A program made the translations under genes and the position numbers. A model generated the notes under the pieces. That model saw only the letters and a list, made by a program, of their open reading frames with translations. It ran no database searches and was not told where the DNA came from. This document shows positions 28,950 through 38,353 of a stretch of DNA of 64,000 bases, piece by piece; the stretch's first letter is position 1; every line of letters starts with the position of its first letter. The stretch spans positions 355 through 64,354 of the forward strand of contig JAPLXC010000019.1 of assembly GCA_026396275.1 (NCBI GenBank). Direction: 5' to 3'. The stretch is from Candidatus Moraniibacteriota bacterium (GTDB taxonomy: Bacteria > Patescibacteriota > Minisyncoccia > Moranbacterales > JAPLXC01).

Positions 28950-30020
28950 ATGAAAAGCCCATCTCTTACCAAGGAGGCGCAAAAAGAAGAAAAAGATGTT
29001 TCTGGCGGTGATTTTTGCTTTCAAAAAGCCCTAAATGAGGTTACTTCCGGCTTTCCGGAACGTTCTCGCAGCATAATTTTGATGCGTTACGGGATCAGCC
29101 AGAAGAATCCGAAAACGCTTGAGGAAATCGGCAATTCCTACCGCGTTACCCGGGAAAGAATACGGCAGATAATCCGGGAAGTTATCAAAAAAGTTGAGGA
29201 GAAGAAAGAAAATCCCATTTTGCAGGAGGTAAGCAGAAAAATAACATTTACAGTAAACGAAAAGAGTGGTATAATAAAGAAAAAAGAACTGATAAAACTG
29301 CTTGGTAAGGGGAATGAAAAAGAGTCCGGAGCGGTTGAATTTTTCTTGGATTGCCTGAAAGACCCGGTAATGGCGGAAACCAAAGGCGAAATGGAAGAGT
29401 CCTGTATTCGGATTGAGTTTGACTTGGATTATTGGAAAAAAATAAAAGACATTGCCAAAAACGTTTTGGAAGCCGAGGGGAAACCAATTAATGACGATGA
29501 GTTGGCGAAGAAAATTTTACTCCAGGTTCCAGCCATAACCCGGAAAAAACTGTTTGATTACCTGGCTCCCTCAAAAGAAATCGTAAAAAATAATTTTGGA
29601 AAGTGGGGACTGGATAATTGGCCGGAAATTACTCCTAAAGGAACACGGGAGAAAGCGTATCTCATGCTCAAAGAAAGCGACCGGCCGCTTCATTTCAGAG
29701 AAGTCGCGTCTCTTATTGATCATTACAAGCTTAGCAAGAAAAAGACCCATCCCCAGACGGTTCACAATGAACTTATCAAAGACAGCCGCTTTGTGTTAGT
29801 GGGAAGAGGGGTTTACGCTCTGTCTTCCTGGGGATACAAAAAGGGAACAGTCAAGGAAGTGCTGGAGGAAATTTTAAAAAATAATAAAGGGCCGATGAAA
29901 CGCGGGGATATACTCAATCAGATACTCAAAGTGCGCCAAGTCAAAAAATCGACGGTAATAATCAATCTTAATAATTTTTTTCTGAAAACTGGCAGAGATG
30001 AGTACACCATTCGCCGGTAA
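28950..30020 (+). CDS. Sigma70 region-4 HTH plus HARE-HTH (RNAP delta-like) protein
   Basis: KTLEEIG..YRVTRERIRQI (sigma r4); PLHFREV...QTVHNELIKDSRFVLVGRGVYAL. Confidence 0.85.
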   Translation: MKSPSLTKEAQKEEKDVSGGDFCFQKALNEVTSGFPERSRSIILMRYGISQKNPKTLEEIGNSYRVTRERIRQIIREVIKKVEEKKENPILQEVSRKITFTVNEKSGIIKKKELIKLLGKGNEKESGAVEFFLDCLKDPVMAETKGEMEESCIRIEFDLDYWKKIKDIAKNVLEAEGKPINDDELAKKILLQVPAITRKKLFDYLAPSKEIVKNNFGKWGLDNWPEITPKGTREKAYLMLKESDRPLHFREVASLIDHYKLSKKKTHPQTVHNELIKDSRFVLVGRGVYALSSWGYKKGTVKEVLEEILKNNKGPMKRGDILNQILKVRQVKKSTVIINLNNFFLKTGRDEYTIRR

Positions 30021-30048
30021 AAAACAAAAATAGTTAACAAAAAATTCA

Positions 30049-31332
30049 ATGGATTTTTTTGTACAAATTTTTAAAGATCTCTTTGAAAACGCAAAAGCCA
30101 TAGGGAACATATTTTCGTATGTCTGGTTTATCGTGTTGCCTATGGCTTTTTATTATTTGTTCAAAGTTCTGTGGCTGGAATATATTCGCACCCGGTACGG
30201 GAAATCCATTAAATACGTTCTTTTAGAGATCATTCCGCCGCGCAACGTTGAAAAAAGCCCCAAGCCGATGGAGTCGCTCTACTGGGGAATATCAGGAGTG
30301 TTAAAGACATTCAACGCTCTGGAAGAATTTGTAAAGGGAATGACCACCTTCAAATTCAGTTTGGAACTGATGAGCAGTGAAGGCACGGTCCATTTTTACA
30401 TTAGGACCCCGGTGCAATTCCGCAATTTGGTTGAGGCCCATCTCTACGCCCAGTATCCGGACGCGGTAATCAAAGAGGCCCCGGATTATATTAATGAAGT
30501 TCCCAAGATCGTTCCCAATCGCGAATGGAATCTCTGGGGAACGGACTTTGAGCTGGTAAAACCCGATCTTTATCCCATCCGGACTTTTCGCTATTTTGAA
30601 GAAGATATCACCGGAAAAATGATTGATCCTTTATCCGGACTAGTGGAAACAATGGGAAAATTGGGACCAAACCAAAAAATCTGGTTTCAGTATGTTATCG
30701 TGCCCGAATATGAAGTTCATAAACCCTGGGTAACTGCGAGCCGGGCGGTAATAGATAAACTAGCCGGAAGAGACAAGAAACAGGAAAGTGTCTGGAGCAG
30801 AATCTGGAGCGATATTGTTGATGTTATTTCCAATATCGGAAACGCTCTTTTCGGACCGGTTGAATTTACCAAGAAGGAAGAAGCCAAAGAAGAAGCGCCG
30901 CTTGAATTCCGCCTTACTCCAGTAGAAAAAGAAATACTCAAAGCGGTGGAAAACAACTTCGGAAAAAACGCTTTTAAGGTCAAAATGCGCTTTATTTATT
31001 TTGGGAAAACAGAAAATTACGACCCGACTTTTATTTCCGCATTCGTCGGCGGGATCAAGCAGTTCAATGACATCAATCTCAACAGCTTCAAGCCCTATGA
31101 TAAAGCGAAAACATTCGCTGATTATATTTTAGTAGAACCCCGTTTGCGCCACCGGCAAAGAAAAATTTTCCGCCGTTACCGGGACCGGGACACCGATGGC
31201 AAGACCTTTTATCTTAGCACCGAAGAACTGGCCACTGTCTATCATCTTCCCGATATGTCGGTAGTGGCGCCGTCTGTTACCTATGTGGAAGCCAAAAGGG
31301 GAGGAGCGCCGGCTAATTTGCCAGTTGAATGA
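30049..31332 (+). CDS. Conserved membrane-anchored hypothetical protein, partner of the downstream ATPase
   Basis: N-terminal TM helix; LLEIIPP, FSLEL, YAQYPD, YPIRT, LSTEELATVYHLP. Confidence 0.85.
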   Translation: MDFFVQIFKDLFENAKAIGNIFSYVWFIVLPMAFYYLFKVLWLEYIRTRYGKSIKYVLLEIIPPRNVEKSPKPMESLYWGISGVLKTFNALEEFVKGMTTFKFSLELMSSEGTVHFYIRTPVQFRNLVEAHLYAQYPDAVIKEAPDYINEVPKIVPNREWNLWGTDFELVKPDLYPIRTFRYFEEDITGKMIDPLSGLVETMGKLGPNQKIWFQYVIVPEYEVHKPWVTASRAVIDKLAGRDKKQESVWSRIWSDIVDVISNIGNALFGPVEFTKKEEAKEEAPLEFRLTPVEKEILKAVENNFGKNAFKVKMRFIYFGKTENYDPTFISAFVGGIKQFNDINLNSFKPYDKAKTFADYILVEPRLRHRQRKIFRRYRDRDTDGKTFYLSTEELATVYHLPDMSVVAPSVTYVEAKRGGAPANLPVE

Positions 31333-31413
31333 TACGAATAATAATCCGAATTAGATCCGAATAAGATGCGAATTTGAATTCAGATTTGGATGTAATTTGG
31401 ACAATAATTCGAA
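31333..31413. repeat. Bipartite periodic inverted repeat (CGAAT / ATTTGG units, about 11-bp period)
   Basis: atacgaataataatccgaattagatccgaataagatgcgaat...attcagatttggatgtaatttggacaataattcg. Confidence 0.7.
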
Positions 31414-31416
31414 TAT

Positions 31417-33168
31417 ATGTCAGATGTAACATTCTTCGCCAAAACCAATTTCCGCAACGAGGAGCAGACATTTGGAATTAAAACCGACGACCGGCGCCGG
31501 CATATGTATGTTATTGGAAAAACCGGAATGGGGAAAACTAATCTTCTGGAGCACATGGCGATTCAAGACATCAAAAACGGACACGGCATAGCCTATGTTG
31601 ATCCCCATGGCGACACGGCGGAAAAAATAATTAAAACCATTCCTTCAAACAGAATAAACGATGTCATATATTTTAACCCGGCTGACCAGGATTATCCGAT
31701 TGCTTTCAATGTGATGGAAAAAGTTGATCCGGAATGCCGCCATTTAGTAGCTTCCGGACTGGTAGGCGTATTCAAAAAAATCTGGGCGGATTCCTGGGGG
31801 CCGAGATTGGAATATATTTTAAGAAACGCGATTCTTTCCCTTCTTGAATATCCCGGAGCGACACTTCTGGGGGTCACCAGAATGCTGGTTGATAAAAATT
31901 ACCGCATTCGGGTGGTAAATAAATTAACCGATCCGGTAGTAAGATCTTTCTGGGTGGATGAATTCACCAAATGGAATGAGCGGGTTCTGCAGGAAGTCGT
32001 TTCTCCGATTCAAAATAAAGTTGGGCAGTTTTTATCAAGCGCGCTTATCAGAAATATAGTAGGCCAGACCAAATCTTCCTTTGATATAAGGGAAATTATG
32101 GATAATAAAAAAATACTTATCCTTAATCTTTCCAAGGGGAGAATCGGGGAGGATAATAGCGCGCTTCTGGGAGCGATGATGATAACGAAGATCCAGCTCG
32201 CCGCCATGGCGAGGATTGATATTCCCGAAGAAGAACGGAAAGATTTTTATCTTTATGTCGATGAATTTCAGAATTTTGCGACGGAATCCTTTGCCAATAT
32301 ATTGTCCGAAGCGAGAAAGTACCGGCTTAATTTGACTTTGGCCAATCAATATATCACGCAAATTGACGAAATAGTGAGAGATGCCATTTTTGGAAACGCG
32401 GGGACGCTTGTTACTTTCCGGGTAGGGGCGGTTGACGCGGAATTTATGGAAAAAGAATTTGAGCCGATATTTATGCTGAACGATCTAGTTAATCTTCCAA
32501 AATACAACATTTATCTTAAATTGATGATAGACGGAATAGCCGGCGATGCGTTTTCAGCTGTGACGCTTCCGCCAATTGACATCAGAGATACCGAAGGAAA
32601 TGCCGGCAAAGTGATAAAAGTTTCCCGCGAGCGATACGCGTCAAGCCGGGCCGAAGTTGAGGATAAAATTAACCGCTGGAGCGGGATGCTGCCGGCAGAA
32701 ACAGTACAAAAAATAGAGAGGCCAAGCAACCAGAAAACTGAAGAACTAAGCAGTCCTGTAGAGCCAGTGGTAGTTGGACGCGAGGCAAGCCAAGTGGCTA
32801 AACAGCTATTTAACGCCGTCTGCGACACCTGCGGTGTGGGAATTCAGGTTCCCTTTGAGCCGGACGGGAGAAGGCCCACGTTTTGCAGAGAGTGTCTGAA
32901 AGATTACCAGCGGACGATGGCGCGGGGCAAAGACCAGGAATCAAGAATTAGAAATCCGGAACTAGTGAGAAAAAATAATATAGACAGGAATAAAGAAAAA
33001 GAAGTTAAGAAAACAGAATTGAAGGCCTATATTCCGCAAGAAAACCCCCTAAAACTTTCTCAAATTCAGCACGTGGCTCCGAAAAAATTTCAGTCCACCC
33101 GCAAAAAGCCGGAAGTGAATCTGGAGGAAGTGAGGAAGTTGATTAAGGAAAGCAGAAATGAAAATTAA
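31417..33168 (+). CDS. VirD4/TraD/HerA-like P-loop ATPase with a C-terminal CxxC-x17-CxxC domain
   Basis: HMYVIGKTGMGKT (Walker A), DPHGD, LYVDEFQNF (Walker B), SEARKY, ANQ; CDTC...PFEPDGRRPTFCREC. Confidence 0.9.
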   Translation: MSDVTFFAKTNFRNEEQTFGIKTDDRRRHMYVIGKTGMGKTNLLEHMAIQDIKNGHGIAYVDPHGDTAEKIIKTIPSNRINDVIYFNPADQDYPIAFNVMEKVDPECRHLVASGLVGVFKKIWADSWGPRLEYILRNAILSLLEYPGATLLGVTRMLVDKNYRIRVVNKLTDPVVRSFWVDEFTKWNERVLQEVVSPIQNKVGQFLSSALIRNIVGQTKSSFDIREIMDNKKILILNLSKGRIGEDNSALLGAMMITKIQLAAMARIDIPEEERKDFYLYVDEFQNFATESFANILSEARKYRLNLTLANQYITQIDEIVRDAIFGNAGTLVTFRVGAVDAEFMEKEFEPIFMLNDLVNLPKYNIYLKLMIDGIAGDAFSAVTLPPIDIRDTEGNAGKVIKVSRERYASSRAEVEDKINRWSGMLPAETVQKIERPSNQKTEELSSPVEPVVVGREASQVAKQLFNAVCDTCGVGIQVPFEPDGRRPTFCRECLKDYQRTMARGKDQESRIRNPELVRKNNIDRNKEKEVKKTELKAYIPQENPLKLSQIQHVAPKKFQSTRKKPEVNLEEVRKLIKESRNEN

Positions 33169-33322
33169 TTTTGATTTTAAATGGAACGAAAAAGTATCAA
33201 GCGGGCTGTGCTTTATTTTGATTTGTCTTTTGAGTTTAATCACGGCTTGGTATGTTGTCAAAGCAGGCGAGAGCATTATTGAAAACCCGCCGCAAGCGAT
33301 TGTGAAAAATATCACGGAGTAG
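33158..33322 (+). CDS. Small single-TM protein (54 aa, below the ORF-track cutoff)
   Basis: MKINFDFKWNEKVSSGLCFILICLLSLITAWYVVKAGESIIENPPQAIVKNITE*; fills the gap between the ATPase and mnmA. Confidence 0.65.
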   Translation: MKINFDFKWNEKVSSGLCFILICLLSLITAWYVVKAGESIIENPPQAIVKNITE

Positions 33323-33324
33323 CG

Positions 33325-34545
33325 ATGGATAAATCTTATAAAAAGCAAGTTATTGTAGCGATATCCCCGAAGGAATCCCTTCGGGATCCTACGGGGCAAG
33401 CCGGCGGGCACAGCAAGAAAGTCATTATTGCCATGTCAGGCGGAATTGATTCTTCAGTCGCCGCTTATTTGCTAAAAAAACAAGGTTACGATGTTACCGG
33501 ATTTCATCTCCGGCTTTTTAAGGATGAAAAAAAAGAGAAACAAATTAAAAAAATTGCTAAAATGATTGGCATACCGCTTGTTGTCAGAGACGCCAGAAAA
33601 GAATTTAAGAAAAAAGTGATTGATTATTTTTTGCGCGAATATGAAACAGGAAGAACGCCTAATCCCTGCGTGGCGTGCAACCGGGAAATTAAATTTAAAT
33701 TTTTATTTGACGAATTATCCAAACAAAACGCGGATTATGTGGCGACGGGACACTATGCGCGAATCATGAAACATATAACATATAACATAAAACATGGCAT
33801 TTATAAACTTTACAAGGCCAAAGACAAAACTAAGGACCAGTCATATTTTCTTTACACTCTGGCACAAAAACAATTGGTGAAAATCATATTTCCTCTTGGT
33901 AATTATACCAAAACCGAAGTAAGAAAATTGGCGAAAAAATTTAGGTCTCCAGTGACTCAAAAAGATGAATCGCAAAATGTTTGTTTTCTGGCGGGGAAAT
34001 GCCCGGATGATTTTTTGAAGCGTTATTTAAAATTAAGAAAAGGGAATATAGTTGACAGCCGGGGCAAAATAATCGGACGCCATGAGGGACTTCCCTTTTA
34101 TACTATCGGCCAGCGCCGAGGCATAAAGATCGGCGGAACGGGGCCGTATTATGTAGTAGGGAAGAATAAAAAGCAAAACCGGCTTATTGTAACAAACAAA
34201 AAAGATGATCCGCTAATTTTTCGAAAATCCGCTTTTCTCCAAAACGTCAATTGGATCGCGGGGAAGCCCGCTTCGACTCGGTCTCATCGAGGCGAGCCAA
34301 AACTGCCACTGAAAGTGCTAGCAAGAACCCGCTACCGAAATCCGCTGGTTGGTGCTATAATAGAATTAACCAACAACCGACCCGCCCGCTTCGATTCGCG
34401 AAGCGATTCGGGCAGGCAACTAATAACTAAAAACTTTAAATGCAAAGTCGTGTTTGAAAAACCGCAGAGAGCGGTGACACCGGGGCAATCGGCTGTATTT
34501 TACGGGAAAAATGGCGAGGTTTTGGGAGGAGGAGTCATCAGCTAA
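33325..34545 (+). CDS. mnmA: tRNA 2-thiouridylase MnmA with several in-frame repeat insertions
   Basis: AMSGGIDSS, TPNPCVACN, ATGHY, KDQSYFL, ESQNVCF, YTIGQRRG, AVTPGQ. Confidence 0.97.
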   Translation: MDKSYKKQVIVAISPKESLRDPTGQAGGHSKKVIIAMSGGIDSSVAAYLLKKQGYDVTGFHLRLFKDEKKEKQIKKIAKMIGIPLVVRDARKEFKKKVIDYFLREYETGRTPNPCVACNREIKFKFLFDELSKQNADYVATGHYARIMKHITYNIKHGIYKLYKAKDKTKDQSYFLYTLAQKQLVKIIFPLGNYTKTEVRKLAKKFRSPVTQKDESQNVCFLAGKCPDDFLKRYLKLRKGNIVDSRGKIIGRHEGLPFYTIGQRRGIKIGGTGPYYVVGKNKKQNRLIVTNKKDDPLIFRKSAFLQNVNWIAGKPASTRSHRGEPKLPLKVLARTRYRNPLVGAIIELTNNRPARFDSRSDSGRQLITKNFKCKVVFEKPQRAVTPGQSAVFYGKNGEVLGGGVIS

Positions 34546-34581
34546 TCACAAATCTTAAAGAGCAACCTTTAATTTTAAAAT

Positions 34582-34866
34582 ATGGCTCTGGGAAATTTAA
34601 ATTTTAGAGGAAGCGGGAAAACGTTGGGCGGAAAATTTACGCCCGCGAGCGCTAGAAGAGTTTTACAGTCCCAGTTTAAAGACCTGACTCTGGAAGCAAG
34701 AAATTACTTTAGCAGGGAACTTGGCCGCGGCAGGATGATTCACGGAGCTGATTTTGACAAAATTGTGACCGAAGCCCACAAAAGGGGTCTTATTAGCAGT
34801 ACTCATGCCGAGCAAATAAAGGACGTAGTGAAACTTCCCGACGAATTTAATGAACACTGGAAATAA
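34582..34866 (+). CDS. Hypothetical protein
   Basis: Co-directional, tightly packed ORF. Confidence 0.65.
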   Translation: MALGNLNFRGSGKTLGGKFTPASARRVLQSQFKDLTLEARNYFSRELGRGRMIHGADFDKIVTEAHKRGLISSTHAEQIKDVVKLPDEFNEHWK

Positions 34867-34872
34867 ATAATT

Positions 34873-35130
34873 ATGGAAGACCAAGGACAAAGCAAAGGGG
34901 CGCAAGTTCGGCGGATCCAATTGGATCTGACAATACTTGAATCGGATTACCGGAAAAATGAAAGAGAATTGGAGGACTTGAGATTGGAGCTAACTAAAAT
35001 GAAAAGACAAAGGAGCCAGTTGGATTTGGAAATCGGCGAAGAAGAGGAAAAGGTAAAAAAACTGCAAAACGAACAAATGATACTGGTTGACGAACTGAAG
35101 CGACTAAAGCACAAAATGAACCTTTTATGA
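34873..35130 (+). CDS. Coiled-coil hypothetical protein
   Basis: Heptad-rich E/K/L sequence. Confidence 0.7.
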   Translation: MEDQGQSKGAQVRRIQLDLTILESDYRKNERELEDLRLELTKMKRQRSQLDLEIGEEEEKVKKLQNEQMILVDELKRLKHKMNLL

Positions 35131-35155
35131 AACTTTTAAGTATTAAGCTAATTTT

Positions 35156-35389
35156 ATGGCGTCAAAAGATAAGTATTTTTCAGTTGTTAAGGACGTAGCC
35201 GGGAAATACGGAATTTCGTTATCAAGCGACAGTGAAAGCAGGATAAAAAGCTTTTACGGTTCGGATGTTGAGGGGATGGTCAAAAGCGCTATCCAAGAGC
35301 TTCGCGACAGAGCTATCGAGACGGGAGTAAAATTTGACGAGGGCGATGAACGCTACGCTGAAAAAGAGATAAGAAACAGAATTAAGTAA
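35156..35389 (+). CDS. Hypothetical protein
   Basis: ORF ending 3 nt before alaS. Confidence 0.65.
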   Translation: MASKDKYFSVVKDVAGKYGISLSSDSESRIKSFYGSDVEGMVKSAIQELRDRAIETGVKFDEGDERYAEKEIRNRIK

Positions 35390-35392
35390 ATC

Positions 35393-37336
35393 ATGACCGC
35401 TCAAGAATTACGGCAGAAATTTCTGGACTTTTTTAAGTCGAAGGAGCACGCTATTATTCCTTCGGCGTCTTTAATTCCGCGCGAAACCGACCCGACAGTG
35501 CTTTTTACCACGGCTGGAATGCACCCGCTAGTGCCATATCTTCTGGGGGAAGACCATCCCGGCGGCCGGCGCGTCGCTAACGTGCAAAAATGCATTCGTA
35601 CGGTGGATATTGAAGAAGTAGGGGATAATCGCCACCTTACCTTTTTTGAGATGCTGGGAAACTGGAGTTTTGGCGACCCTGCCTCGCCCGACGGCATTGG
35701 CGGGGCGGGCTATTTTAAGCGCGAGGCGATTGAGTGGAGCTGGGAATTTTTAACTGGCAAAAAATGGCTTGAATTGGATCCGAAAAGAATTTATGTGACA
35801 GTTTTTCAGGAAGAACAGGGGATACCTAGAGACGAAGAGTCAATTATGATTTGGCAGGAAGTGTTGGCTAAAGCCGGAATTTCCAGCAGCGTTGCCGGCG
35901 AAAATTCAATCATCAAAGACGATATCAGAATCATTTCACTGGGAACGGACGACAATTTCTGGATTGCAAGCGCCACTGGTCCCTGCGGTCCGGACACGGA
36001 AATGTTTTATGACACGCGCCCGGCAGATGGCCCAATAAATGATACTTTTGAGAACCTGGTTAATTCCGGCCGCCTGATTGAAATGTGGAACGATGTTTTT
36101 ATGGAGTTTAATAAAACCACCGATGGAAAGTATGAAAAGTTGAAGCAGAAAAATGTGGATACGGGAATGGGAGTGGAACGGACACTGGCGGTGCTTAACG
36201 GAAAAGAAACCGTCTTTGACACGGAATTGTTTGAACCGATTTTCAAGAAAATAAAAAACGTCATCCCGGACTCGATCCGGGATCCAGAAATGGATTCCCG
36301 CCTTCGCGGGAACGACAATGATGATCAGAAAAGCTATAGAATTATCGCTGATCATATAAAAGCTGCTGTTTTTATTCTGGCTGATAGCGTTGTTCCTTCC
36401 AATGTTTTGCAGGGCTACGTCTTGCGCCGCTTAATTCGCCGGGCGATCAGGCACGGAAAAATCATCGGGATTCAGAATAATTTTACCCGGGCAATCGCGA
36501 AAGTGGTGATTGAAACGTACGAAGATTTTTATCCGGAAGTAGGGGAGAATAAAAATAGGATTTTGGAGGAGCTGGAAAAGGAGGAGGATAAATTTAGAAA
36601 AACGTTGGAGAAAGGATTAAAAGAACTTGATTTGTTACTTAAGATTGACCAAGCTATGCCATTTTCTGTTGCTACTTCTAAATCTGGATGGGTGAGCGGA
36701 GAAGAAGCGTTTAATTTATATCAATCTTATGGTTTTCCGTTGGAATTGTTTTTTGAAGAATTGGACAGAAGAAATATCATGTATGATAAAAACAGTATAA
36801 ACAGAGATTTTAATAAAAGATTTATAAAACACCAAAAATTGTCAGAAACAGCGGCGGCCGGGCAATTTAAAGGCGGACTGGCGCAAGTAAGCGAAGAGAC
36901 AGCCCGGCTCCATACGGCCACCCATTTGCTTTTGGCGGCTCTGCGAAACGTTTTAGGGCCGCATGTTTATCAAAAGGGTTCAAATATCACTGCCGAACGG
37001 CTGCGATTTGATTTTTCTCATCCTCAAAAAATGACTTCCGAGGAAATTAAAAAAGTGGAAAGAATTGTGAATGATTATATTGAAAGAAATCTTCCCGTCG
37101 TTGCGGAAGAAATGAGTATTGAAGAAGCCAAAAAGATCGGAGCAATGGGGGTCTTTGATGCCAAATACGGGGAGAAAGTCAGGGTTTACACGATAGGGGA
37201 AAAGATGTTTCCCATAAGCATTGAGATCTGCGGCGGACCGCATGCTAATTCTACCGGAGAACTGGGACATTTCAGAATCGTCAAAGAAGAGGCTTCTTCG
37301 GCGGGAGTGAGAAGAATTAAAGCAATTTTAGAGTAG
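35393..37336 (+). CDS. alaS: Alanine--tRNA ligase, short form without C-Ala
   Basis: LFTTAGMHP, QKCIRT, HLTFFEMLGNWSFG, GPCGPDTE, DTGMGVER, HTATHLL, EICGGPH, GVRRI. Confidence 0.98.
   Translation: MTAQELRQKFLDFFKSKEHAIIPSASLIPRETDPTVLFTTAGMHPLVPYLLGEDHPGGRRVANVQKCIRTVDIEEVGDNRHLTFFEMLGNWSFGDPASPDGIGGAGYFKREAIEWSWEFLTGKKWLELDPKRIYVTVFQEEQGIPRDEESIMIWQEVLAKAGISSSVAGENSIIKDDIRIISLGTDDNFWIASATGPCGPDTEMFYDTRPADGPINDTFENLVNSGRLIEMWNDVFMEFNKTTDGKYEKLKQKNVDTGMGVERTLAVLNGKETVFDTELFEPIFKKIKNVIPDSIRDPEMDSRLRGNDNDDQKSYRIIADHIKAAVFILADSVVPSNVLQGYVLRRLIRRAIRHGKIIGIQNNFTRAIAKVVIETYEDFYPEVGENKNRILEELEKEEDKFRKTLEKGLKELDLLLKIDQAMPFSVATSKSGWVSGEEAFNLYQSYGFPLELFFEELDRRNIMYDKNSINRDFNKRFIKHQKLSETAAAGQFKGGLAQVSEETARLHTATHLLLAALRNVLGPHVYQKGSNITAERLRFDFSHPQKMTSEEIKKVERIVNDYIERNLPVVAEEMSIEEAKKIGAMGVFDAKYGEKVRVYTIGEKMFPISIEICGGPHANSTGELGHFRIVKEEASSAGVRRIKAILE
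36260..36316. repeat. GTCAT...GAC REP/RPE-like element inserted in frame in alaS
   Basis: GTCATCCCGGACTCGATCCGGGATCCAG-AAAT-GGATTCCCGCCTTCGCGGGAACGAC = VIPDSIRDPEMDSRLRGND. Confidence 0.92.
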
Positions 37337-37369
37337 CTCTTTTTAAATTTTTAGGGACAAGGGAGGTGG

Positions 37370-37564
37370 ATGATGGCTGGATATATTAAACATATCATAG
37401 AAGGTGCAGCAGCAGCTGCTTTAATTACTACAACAGCTGTCACAGTTTACAGAAGTGAGAAATTTGAAAATTTCATAAGATTTGTTAGATCTGTAATTGC
37501 TGAAGGTTATAAAATGGCCTTTGTAAGATTAAAGGAGAGGAAAAAGAAAGGAGCTAAAAAATAA
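37370..37564 (+). CDS. Small membrane-associated hypothetical protein
   Basis: SD GGAGGTG, hydrophobic N-terminus, terminator directly after. Confidence 0.6.
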   Translation: MMAGYIKHIIEGAAAAALITTTAVTVYRSEKFENFIRFVRSVIAEGYKMAFVRLKERKKKGAKK

Positions 37565-37595
37565 AAAAGGTGTTGCGGAGTCAGCACCTTTTTTT
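37564..37595. terminator. Intrinsic terminator
   Basis: AAAAAGGTGTTG-CGGAGT-CAGCACCTTTTTTT. Confidence 0.8.
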
Positions 37596-37642
37596 AAATT
37601 AAAGCATTCCGCCATTCGCGCGAAAGTTCACCAGCGTCAATG

Positions 37643-37678
37643 GGTTGCTATAAATTGCGTACGCAATCCATAGCAACC
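37643..37678. repeat. ATTGCGTACGCAAT-core palindrome, copy 2
   Basis: GGTTGCTATAAATTGCGTACGCAATCCATAGCAACC. Confidence 0.9.
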
Positions 37679-37741
37679 ACTCTAATTTTTTAAATTTTCC
37701 TATTAGAGCGTGCCTGTGTCGAATCTAACTTTAATAGGCAA

Positions 37742-38353
37742 TTATTCAAATGGCAAGGGCGAGGTCTTTTCTGTTTCTTTTGACTCTGTTTTTGATAACT
37801 CGGCCAGTTTCTTTTTAAAATAGTAAAGATAGAAGGCATAAATTATGATCCCGACTTCTATTACCGTCGGAGCAAACCAGGAATTTTCCCGGCACCCGTC
37901 AAACCGGTCCCAGGCGATGAGAGCCAGTATTGTGTAGAGCGACTCCCAAAACCAGCGGAGGCGATTGTCTTTTTCAAAGCCGTAAGAAAGATTGAAAAGA
38001 ATGAGAAATAAATAAGCGCCTAGAAGAAAAACCCAAAGACCTTCCGGAAGAGAAGAACAGGGCGGTATCTTTTGTGCCACTTTTTGCATTTCTGTCTTGC
38101 TCTTTGGCTGGCTCTCTTCTTCTTTCACGACGGATGCCGCTTCCTCGTCAATGCGCGGCTCGGGATTCAAAAAAGGGGAATCAGAAGGAACTTTGGTCTT
38201 GTCAATAATGAAGTCCTCCGGAGTGTCGGCATCGGAATTTTCGCCTTCAGCGGCCAGAGAAAGAGAAGCGGGAAAAGAAAAAATAATCAGTAATGATATT
38301 ATTACTGACGCTGAAAACATGACGGCTTTATTAAAGCATCCAAACGCTCTCAT
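37742..38353 (-). CDS. Exported protein with a low-complexity linker and a C-terminal Cys-containing 3-TM domain
   Basis: Signal peptide; C-terminus similar to that of 38350-39261; ATGA overlap with the upstream gene. Confidence 0.85.
   Translation of the reverse strand: MRAFGCFNKAVMFSASVIISLLIIFSFPASLSLAAEGENSDADTPEDFIIDKTKVPSDSPFLNPEPRIDEEAASVVKEEESQPKSKTEMQKVAQKIPPCSSLPEGLWVFLLGAYLFLILFNLSYGFEKDNRLRWFWESLYTILALIAWDRFDGCRENSWFAPTVIEVGIIIYAFYLYYFKKKLAELSKTESKETEKTSPLPFE

Noticed and set aside
31417-33168. Integrative conjugative element or prophage
   Set aside because: No integrase, relaxase, VirB or phage structural genes; the context is housekeeping.
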